Assembly (NCBI RefSeq): GCF_006345805.1 | Contig: NW_021827932.1 | Coordinates: 1 to 9,460, forward strand | DNA: 9,460 bases | Direction: 5' to 3' | Source of the DNA: Octopus sinensis | Lineage: Eukaryota | Part shown: piece after piece, positions 1 through 7,188 of the stretch | How the letters are laid out: the number at the start of each line of letters is the position of its first letter | Numbering within the stretch: position 1 is the first letter of the stretch | Made by a program: the position numbers and the translations under genes | Notes under the pieces: model-generated | The model's input: the letters and a program-made list of their open reading frames with translations, nothing else | Told to the model about the DNA's origin: nothing | Database searches by the model: none

Positions 1-329
1 TTGTTGATTTGGGGGTAAAACCGGAAGGGATAGGGATTGGATTTGCCGCTTAAATGAAAATGAGCTGACATGACGTATATACCTTTCACAGGTATATACG
101 TATATTCATGACGTATATACCTTTTTTAAAAGACATTTTCTCTTAACAAAAGGTATTGACTTCTGCCGATTCACAAATCTGGCACCGACCAACCCGTTGT
201 ATGTATAACTCCCTAGTATTTCTACAGTACTCAGGATTCATTCCCCAACAAAACTAACTCAAATTTTTTCAGTGTATTATTTATTCAGTAAAAAAATGAT
301 CGTTTCTTTTAATGTACAGACATCATTAC

Positions 330-518
330 CAAATATTTCTCCAGGGCACGAAGTCCTTAATATACAAAAATGTACAAAAATTTTTCCCTAATATTTCTTC
401 AGTGAACGTAACCAAAATATTTCTACTGTGCACAAAACGCCTACTATTTACACAGTGCACAAAGCCTTTAATATTTCCGCAGCTCACCAAGATACTTTCC
501 TAATATTTCTACAGTGCA
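330..518. repeat. Degenerate ~27-bp minisatellite, consensus approx. TAATATTTCTACAGTGCACAAAGCC
   Basis: Units start near 330, 358, 389, 415, 442, 469, 501 (spacings 26-32 bp), e.g. AATATTTCTACTGTGCAC, TACTATTTACACAGTGCAC, TAATATTTCTACAGTGCA. An isolated copy TAGTATTTCTACAGTAC lies at 214-230. ORF 312-503 shows the matching 9-aa periodicity (IFLLCTKRL/LFTQCTKPL/IFPQLTKIL). Confidence 0.75.
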
Positions 519-519
519 A

Positions 520-572
520 GGCGGCGAGTTGGCAGAATCGTTAGCACGCCGGTCAAAATGCTTAGTGCCATT
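520..572 (+). mobile_element. 5' head only of a tRNA-derived SINE (octopus-type)
   Basis: GGCGGCGAGTTGGCAGAATCGTTAGCACGCCGGTCAAAATGCTTAG with Pol III A-box-like TGGCAGAATCG (530-540). The B box and body are absent; the sequence switches to LINE 3' UTR at ~573-576. Family assignment is from recall of octopus SINE consensus. Confidence 0.75.
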
Positions 573-575
573 AAC

Positions 576-818
576 GACCGTGGTTAACGTGGCCTTTTCC
601 GTATGCTTTTCTTTCCACGGATAAACCTTATATGCTTCCCCCTTTACACCATGACATTTCTGTGATACACGATCCCTATTGATCGTTTTTTTTTTCTTTC
701 CTTTTTACGATCCCTTTTGATCGAAAACTACCCCGCTTTTTTTTTCTCCCCAAAAAGAAAAGCTCTACCTTGTAATTTGTCCCCTCAGTGTTCAGCTCTA
801 TGTGGCTAATAAAGAAAC
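576..818 (+). mobile_element. LINE 3' UTR, copy 1 (extremely 5'-truncated L1/Tx1-type element)
   Basis: Aligns by eye at roughly 85% identity to 1451-1780, apart from a shorter pyrimidine tract. Ends in AATAAA (808-813) followed by GAAAC, exactly as copy 2 does. Confidence 0.9.
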
Positions 819-1780
819 ATACCTATCTGACCCGCCTGTTCGGGACGACTTTCGGGCCAGGGCCTATGGTCAACTTCCAGAGATCCCTGGCCTGGCAGTG
901 CTACCGAGAAGCGCTACCCGTTCGGGATAAGCTCTACAGACACGGCTCGAGAAACACGGGGCCGACCTGCCCGAGCTGCGGTCAGAGCAACGAAACCGTT
1001 CTGCACGCACTCGTGCAGTGTCCAACAATTTCCGACCTGTTGGCTTATGTTGAACAACTGCTGTCACGTGTGGGACGAGTCGGTTTATCAGCTGAGTCTA
1101 TCGTCAATATTGTCACGCCTCCTTCCTTCAAACGGGAAGGAAGAGCTATTTTCATCATCCTTGTGGCTATGGCGAAAGAATGTATCTGGTGGACGCGTCT
1201 GAAAGGATTGGAGACAAACACTTTCCTCTCTGGTCAACCTCTCATCAACTTCTTCAAGTACCACTTGAAAAGGAAAGTGAGAGCAGAGAGGCAAGTTTTG
1301 TCTAGCGAACGTTTTAAAAAAAGATGGGTGAATGTAGCAAGGATGGCACGTATGAATGACGAAGCCACCTTGAGCATAATCCTATGAACGCAGAAATTGA
1401 AAACAGAGGGTTACCCACTTGCAAACAAATGTGGTAACATAAACAATATTGACCAAGGTTACCGTGGTCTTTTTCGTAGGCTTTCTTCCCACGGATAAAC
1501 CTTACTGTTTTCCCCTTTACACACCATACATCATGACACTGTGATACACGATCCCTATTGATCGTTTTTTTTCCTCTTCCTCCCTTTTTTCCTCTCTTTT
1601 CTTCTTTTTCATTTTTCTTTTCTTTTGTTCCTTTTCCCTTTTTTATTTTTTTCCTTTTTTTTGTCCTTTTTCCCTTTTGATCGAAAACCTACGCCACCTT
1701 TTTTTTTCTCCCCCAAAAGAAAAGTTCTACCTTGTAACTTGTCCCATCTGTGTGCAGCCCTGTGTGGCCAATAAAGAAAC
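819..1780 (+). mobile_element. 5'-truncated L1/Tx1-clade non-LTR retrotransposon, copy 2 (ORF2 C-terminus plus complete 3' UTR)
   Basis: ORF2 tail 824-1387 is followed by a ~390-bp 3' UTR with a T-rich tract (1565-1670), AATAAA at 1770-1775, GAAAC, and then (TATC)n. Confidence 0.9.
824..1387 (+). pseudogene. C-terminal fragment of LINE ORF2p with CCHC zinc knuckle (zf-RVT type)
   Basis: LAWQCYREALPVRDKLYRHG...TCPSCGQSNETVLHALVQCP matches the W..ALP..L....CxxC...ET.xH....C pattern of L1/Tx1 ORF2 C-termini. The reading frame is intact to TGA at 1385-1387. The first 12 codons of the track ORF (788-823) are just 3' UTR copy 1, so the GTG start is not real. Confidence 0.88.

Positions 1781-1781
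<1 letters not shown>

Positions 1782-1873
<92 letters not shown>
1782..1873. repeat. (TATC)23 microsatellite directly abutting the LINE 3' end
   Basis: Perfect 92-bp TATC array beginning one base after AATAAAGAAAC. Confidence 0.98.
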
Positions 1874-1892
1874 ATGCAAAGAAGCAATGAAG

Positions 1893-1900
1893 CACACACG

Positions 1901-1933
<33 letters not shown>
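1893..1933. repeat. (CA)n microsatellite
   Basis: CACACACGCGTA(CA)n run. Confidence 0.95.
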
Positions 1934-1935
<2 letters not shown>

Positions 1936-2143
1936 ACTTCCCCCCTCTCTTTCTCTTCCGCTCTACCTCTGCTCATGCCAGTTTTTCTCGCTTCTCAATT
2001 AAGCAAGATTTCTTCTGCTTCTTATACAACACCTTCGCAGTTTCTAATAGCAAAAACAACTGATTCGTCATCGGAAGCAACGAAACGCCTCAGCATCAAC
2101 CATCATCACAAGCGGCACCTACATTATGTACAATGACAACGAA

Positions 2144-2212
2144 CACCACCACCACCACCACCACCACCACCACACCACCACCACCACCACCACCACCACC
2201 ACCACCACCACC

Positions 2213-2264
<52 letters not shown>

Positions 2265-2345
2265 ACAACAACAACAACAACAACAACAACTACGACGACG
2301 ACGACGACGACAACAACAACAACAATAACAGCAGCAACAATAACA
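2144..2345. repeat. Compound trinucleotide microsatellite (CAC)n-(CAT)n-(CAA)n-(GAC)n-(AAC)n
   Basis: Directly visible, with a single-base slip at ~2174. It produces the poly-H/T/I/N/D, poly-T/P/S and poly-V/D/G pseudo-ORFs. Confidence 0.97.
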
Positions 2346-2470
2346 AATACAGCTATGTCGTGAAACACACAACAGTAACAACAATAACAAGACAGGAATT
2401 CATTTCGATATTTTATTTCAAAGATGAAAAGAAGCCGTAAAACATGCAAGGAGCAAAGTAACAAATCCCG

Positions 2471-2505
2471 GTGTGTGTGTGTGTGTGTTGGGTTGTGTGT
2501 GTGTG

Positions 2506-2551
<46 letters not shown>

Positions 2552-2552
2552 C

Positions 2553-2625
<73 letters not shown>

Positions 2626-3008
2626 ACACACACATATATATATATATTTATATACATATACATATATGTACACCACACACTATATATCATATATGCATTA
2701 CATTATATATATCATATACATACACACCAAAACACACACACATATATATATATATAATATATATATGCATATAAGCATACGTATATGTATATGTACATGT
2801 GCTACATATACACATGCATACATAGACATATATATATGTATATATGTATATATGCATATATATGTACATATGTGTGTATATATACATACGTATATGTATA
2901 TATATATATATATATACACACACATACATACATTTATATGTATATATATTTATATATATGCATACATATACATACATGCATAAACACACAAACACACACA
3001 CTCACACA
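2471..3008. repeat. Long alternating purine-pyrimidine tract: (GT)n, (TA)n, (CA)n and degenerate (TA/CA/TG) mix
   Basis: About 540 bp of near-continuous RY alternation; source of many overlapping CVCV/YIYI/THTH ORFs. Confidence 0.97.
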
Positions 3009-3860
3009 AATTTTCCTGCTCAAGCACATGAATACATGAACTACATCAGTAAATAGTTTTAAACACTCCAAGGGTTACGTACATTTATATAGATGCACAA
3101 AATAATTATTCACATTCGCTTTCCCATTTACCATAAAAAGTATTGTAGCTCAAGCATACAGCTAACGTACTCATACGCTTACATTCATATTATGTCACCA
3201 ACTCTGATTACACGTCACACTAACAAGAATACTTGAACACACCCACATTCAGGGACAAATGCACACCAATTTTCACACGTTCAAGCAATTAATTAGACTT
3301 AAGCACAAATTTCAAATGACTTTTCTTACTCCATGAATGTGTCATATGCGTACAAGCTAATTACACTCTGTCGTTACAGGAATCTTTGAAATGTCTTTCT
3401 ATATACCAATCTAGAATCACGTTTGTACAACATGCGGTATGATTTTGCCACAGGCCGGTGGCGAAATCACAAAAGGGAAACTTCGCAATCGCCCAGGGCG
3501 CTCAAATCTTGGGGCATCACACGAATTCTGAACAACTTAACATTTCTTAATCCCACTGACAACACGAGATTTCAATAATAAAGATAGCAGGGAGATTAAT
3601 CCCGTCATAGAAGAGGCCTGAAGATGTGAAGGTTACAGAGTGCTATGACCAGTGGCATGATTTGATGTGAATCACTCATGTTTCAGCAGGTAACTGATTT
3701 AGTTGGTGATATGCATGATCATAAAGTTGCAGGTGCCTTGCGTGCAAGATAGTAATAAAGTTTTAGCTGGTGTAAAGAGGGTGATGGCTGAAGACATTAA
3801 AAAAATATAGCAAAAAAAGCGTGGGAACAAGGAAGTGAGTAGTAGTCCTGGGAAAAGAGA

Positions 3861-4100
3861 AGCATGTGGTAGGGATAGGTGAAAGTAGCGCACAATGTAG
3901 GCTGGGAGAAGGGGATCATATAGAGCTGGAAGGAGAGGGAGCACACTATGGGACTGGTAGAAGATTGAGAGCATTGTAGGGATAGGAGAAGAGGAGCACA
4001 TTGTAAGGATGAAAGGAAATAGCGTGCAATATAAGGCTGAGAGATGAGGAACGCTTATAGGGTTCTAATAGGGTGGGAAGAAAGGATAGCACAAAATAGT
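3861..4100. repeat. Degenerate ~27-bp purine-rich minisatellite, consensus approx. AGCACATTGTAGGGATAGGAGAAGAGG
   Basis: Units start at 3861, 3887, 3915, 3940, 3970, 3995, 4021, 4050, 4088 (spacings mostly 25-30 bp). Confidence 0.75.
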
Positions 4101-4508
4101 AAGTACATTAAGTAACTGAGAGAATGGGATGCACATTAAAGAGCTTGGTGAAGATGATGTAAACTGGGGGTCTGGTCAAGGATACCGGAAAACATGGCAA
4201 CGGCCCTGATATGTTATGCAGGGTAACAGTTAGTTTTACTATTTAGGTGAATTAGCACACAACTATTTAATTTTTCTGAAAAATACCAGCCCCGCATGAA
4301 AGCTCAAGAGAACAGAAATTCTGTCATACAAAATATCAAAAAAAGAAATAGTAAAACATACTGTAAAATCTACAAAAAATAAAATATACTTATGAAAATT
4401 GTGGGGAAATAGATATCATTACTTGCTAATAATATTTTTTTAAAAGAAAATAAAAAAAAGCCCCTACTCACACCAGTGACACAGTTACAACTGTCACCAC
4501 CGCCGTAA

Positions 4509-4760
4509 CCAGACAGAAAGCACCACTGGAAAATACGAAAACTAAAAGAAGCAGCACATGTGATAGAACACAACAATCTCCTAAGCAGACCGAATGCAGA
4601 TATGAGCAGCATATGGTTCTAAATTTCCCCAAGACACCTGAAGAAGGCTGGTGGGTATATCAGTCGAAACGTTGTGTTAACATCAAACAAGATGAGGACA
4701 AATATCTGTCGAATGTAAATAATGTAAATAATGTACATAATTCCTCATCTCTTAAATATA
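4509..4760 (+). mobile_element. 3' end of a Penelope-like retroelement (GIY-YIG endonuclease C-terminal fragment plus 3' tail)
   Basis: Frame 4509-4622 reads PDRKHHWKIRKLKEAAHVIEHNNLLSRPNADMSSIWF*, resembling the W..RKxKEA.HI....LNR.....IW end of PLE GIY-YIG domains. It is followed by a hammerhead motif and an AATGTAAAT x3 tail. Confidence 0.8.
4633..4678 (+). ncRNA. Minimal type I hammerhead ribozyme (PLE-type)
   Basis: Helix I: GACAC (4633-4637) / GTGTT (4674-4678). Core CTGAAGA (4638-4644), then an extra A. Helix II: GGCTGG (4646-4651) / TCAGTC (4660-4665). GAAA (4666-4669), palindromic helix III ACGT (4669-4672), putative cleavage after GUU at 4673. Confidence 0.82.
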
Positions 4761-5082
4761 GAACAATATTAATAATTGTATCTTCTAGCTCCGACGCGGA
4801 ACTCCAGTCATTGGGATACTATTAAAGCTATATTAAGGATGTATCTTCATTAGGAGAGATGCTCTGTGATAGTAAAACTGAAAAATTCTAATTTGAAGGA
4901 CTATAGCTGGAGAATTAAACTAATATCTTGGGTGGTGTAGGTGCTGTGCACACAAACATTCTGGACCCCGTCCAGAAATGGCCCACTCGACTGACTGGCA
5001 TAAAGTCATTCTAATACACGTCTCGGCTCATAGAAGTTAATTCCTTTCTCTGTTTTCGTCAACGGTACTATAATGGCTTCTG

Positions 5083-5356
5083 CTATTCACACACACAGAC
5101 ACACACACACACACGCACACACACAAACGCCACACACTCACACATACAGACACACGCACACACAAACACGTGCACATACTCACAAACTCGTACATATATA
5201 CATACACACATACACACAAATACACGCTTACATACACACATATATACAAGCACATACACAAATACACACACAAACATAGACAAACATACACAAGCACACA
5301 CACACACACATACACACACACGCATACACCCACTTCCACACATACACATACATGTA
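5083..5356. repeat. Degenerate (CA)n/(CATA)n microsatellite
   Basis: Directly visible; explains ORFs 5037-5360, 5073-5279, 5083-5349 and 5170-5385. Confidence 0.95.
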
Positions 5357-5545
5357 GCATAAACGAAAGATTACGGTACGTCTGAAATTATGTGGAGAGG
5401 TCACACAACCTCACTATATATATATCCTTCCTCAGCATATAAAACCTATGTCTGATTATTTAATAATACGTCTTGCATTATCTAATGGCTGTGTTACCTT
5501 TAAGGAGCATTTGTTTATTATCCACATGAAAGGAATGTTAAGAAA

Positions 5546-5959
5546 GGACTGGCTGTTTGGTAAGTAGCTTGCTTACGAACCACATGGTTCCAGGTTCAGT
5601 CCCACTGCGTGGCACCTTGGGCTATTGTCTTCTACTAGAGCCTCGGGCAGACCAAAGCCCGATTTGGTAGACGGAAACTGAAAGAAGCGCGTTGTATGTA
5701 TGTATGTATGTATGTATGTATGTATGTATGTATGTGTGTATATATTTGTGTGTCTGTGATTGTCCCCCCAACATCGCTTGACAACCGATGCTGGTGTGTT
5801 TACGTCCCCGTAACTTAGCGATTCGGCAAACGGGCCCGATAGAATAAGTACTAGGCTTACAAAGAATAAGTTCTGGGGTCGATTTACTCGACTAAAGGCG
5901 GTGCTCCAGCATGGCCACAGTCAAATGACTGAAACAAGTAAATGAGTAAATGAGTAAAT
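5546..5959 (+). mobile_element. Near full-length tRNA-derived CORE-like SINE (octopus-type) with internal (TATG)n
   Basis: A box TGGCTGTTTGG (5550-5560), B box GGTTCAGTCCC (5593-5603), CORE-like CACCTTGGGC, internal (TATG)n ~5693-5733, 3' hairpins GTCGA/TCGAC (5878-5892) and CAGTCA/TGACTG (5918-5931), and a (GAGTAAAT)n tail at 5936-5959. Confidence 0.9.
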
Positions 5960-6081
5960 TTTCATGCAACTGTTAGCCAACTGCAGTGGTTTGCAACAAT
6001 ACCTTAGCGATGAGGCGCCATTCCCGTGGCTGATAGCGATAACGCAAAATTACGAATCCTACATCTTGTATAGTGAGTATG

Positions 6082-6340
6082 TATGGCCTAGTGGCCAGAG
6101 TGTTGCACTTACGATCTCGAGATCGTGGCTTCAATTCCTAGACCGGGTGGTGTGTTGTGTTATTGAGCAAAACACTTCATCTCACGTTGCTCGGCGATCA
6201 CTTCAACACCTGAAGTGTGTTACACCGTCCCCCTGTTAAGGCAACGTCGATTTGATGGAGAGAGTGAACTAATACACAGCACATACATTTGATCAGTGTA
6301 AACAAATCATTTGTGTAGGTCGTTTGATAAAATCTGATCA
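6082..6340 (+). mobile_element. Second tRNA-derived CORE-like SINE (different family)
   Basis: A box TGGCCTAGTGG (6084-6094), B-box-like GCTTCAATTCC (6128-6138), then TGTGTTATTGAGCAAAACACTTCATCTCAC, similar to the CORE motif TGTGACCTTGGGCAAGTCACTTAACCTC. The 3' boundary is approximate. Confidence 0.8.
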
Positions 6341-6497
6341 CTTAAACGGGAGAGTCCAATGATAGTAGAGTCCATCATGGTAATTATCTTGGCCAAATAC
6401 AAACAACTATGCAACTAATCTGAAAGAAGAAAAAATTAATGCCGATACTCTCATAACGTAGTTTATTTATGATAAATTTCCCACAGAACAGAAACCC

Positions 6498-7098
6498 ATG
6501 ACTGTAATATAGAAAAGGTGCTGCTACAACATTAAAATTATGCTAAATGTTGCAGCGCACAAGAAAAATCATGGTAACAGGATAGCTGTTCGGTAATACT
6601 TTGGAATGGTCTTGAGTTCATAGGAGTGTGCCAGTTAAGAAAACTGAAGAGAAGACCCAGTTGGCTGTAATTCCAACCCACATAACCAGTCAGCTACAGA
6701 GATTAGATTCAATCAATAAACCATTAAAAGGATTCATGCAGAAGTGACATCAACAGGAAGATGGAAGAGTCCTACTATTTCACAACGTTTGTGAATGAGT
6801 GCAGAGTTCATGGAATGCTGCACAAGAAGAGGTAATTGAGAAACTATTGATAAAAATAAGGAATTAATAATACTCTTGATAATATTGAGGATGATTGAAG
6901 TTAATTAGGAGATTGTCAGTTTAATTAGAGATAAAGTTTGAAGAAGTCATTGATAATCCTGTTTCTGATTCAGAGAATTCTAGTGATTAAGAGAGTATCA
7001 GTCATATGAATGACGACAACAGAAATGAGTTTTCAGGCTCTGACGATGCTAATTTACTTTCAGAAGATGATTTTCTAGGTTTTGTGGATGAAGATTAA
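6498..7098 (+). mobile_element. Internally deleted, decayed pogo-family (Tc1/mariner superfamily) transposase
   Basis: 6498-6623 gives MTVI*KRCCYNIKIMLNVAAHKKNHGNRIAVR*YFG (Brinker-like N-terminal DBD pattern). 6655-6744 gives TQLAVIPTHITSQLQRLDSINKPLKGFM (cf. LAVIPGGLTSQLQPLDVSINKPFK of DDE_1). Then TSTGRWKSPT, CE*VQSSW, NTLDNIEDD across frameshifts, and an acidic tail ending SEDDFLGFVDED* at 7098. Confidence 0.88.
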
Positions 7099-7188
7099 AT
7101 AAACTTTTATGAGACTTTCTTTTACGGTTATTTTTACCGCTTGCTATGTACAGTAACCCGTGCTATTCTCTGAACCACCAGTTTGTAT

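Noticed and set aside
788-823. Apparent start of a 199-aa protein
   Set aside because: These codons are the end of LINE 3' UTR copy 1 (they contain AATAAA) fortuitously in frame with the truncated ORF2.
870-1294. Minus-strand ORFs 870-1067 and 1088-1294
   Set aside because: Antisense shadows of LINE ORF2 with no recognisable motifs.
576-1780. LTR retrotransposon or CRISPR-like interpretation of the direct repeats
   Set aside because: No TG...CA ends, PBS or PPT; the internal ORF is an L1/Tx1 zf-RVT. The ~27-bp arrays elsewhere lack constant repeats with unique spacers.
1677-3056. Many long overlapping ORFs (LSIY, HT, CVCV, YIYI, poly-H/T/V/G)
   Set aside because: These are direct translations of TATC, CA, GT, TA and trinucleotide microsatellites, which lack stops by composition.
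3618-3640. CTGAAGA hammerhead-like half core
   Set aside because: No helix II or GAAA follows.
3699-4001. 100-aa minus-strand ORF
   Set aside because: Largely the complement of the purine-rich minisatellite; no homology recognised.
4613-4825. 70-aa ORF over the hammerhead
   Set aside because: Lies in the PLE 3' non-coding region; NNVNNVNNV is the 9-bp tail repeat.
5550-6140. tRNA genes at 5550 and 6084
   Set aside because: A/B boxes are followed by SINE bodies and there is no complete cloverleaf or acceptor stem; these are SINE heads.
5964-6239. 91-aa ORF
   Set aside because: Runs through the second SINE; no protein motif.
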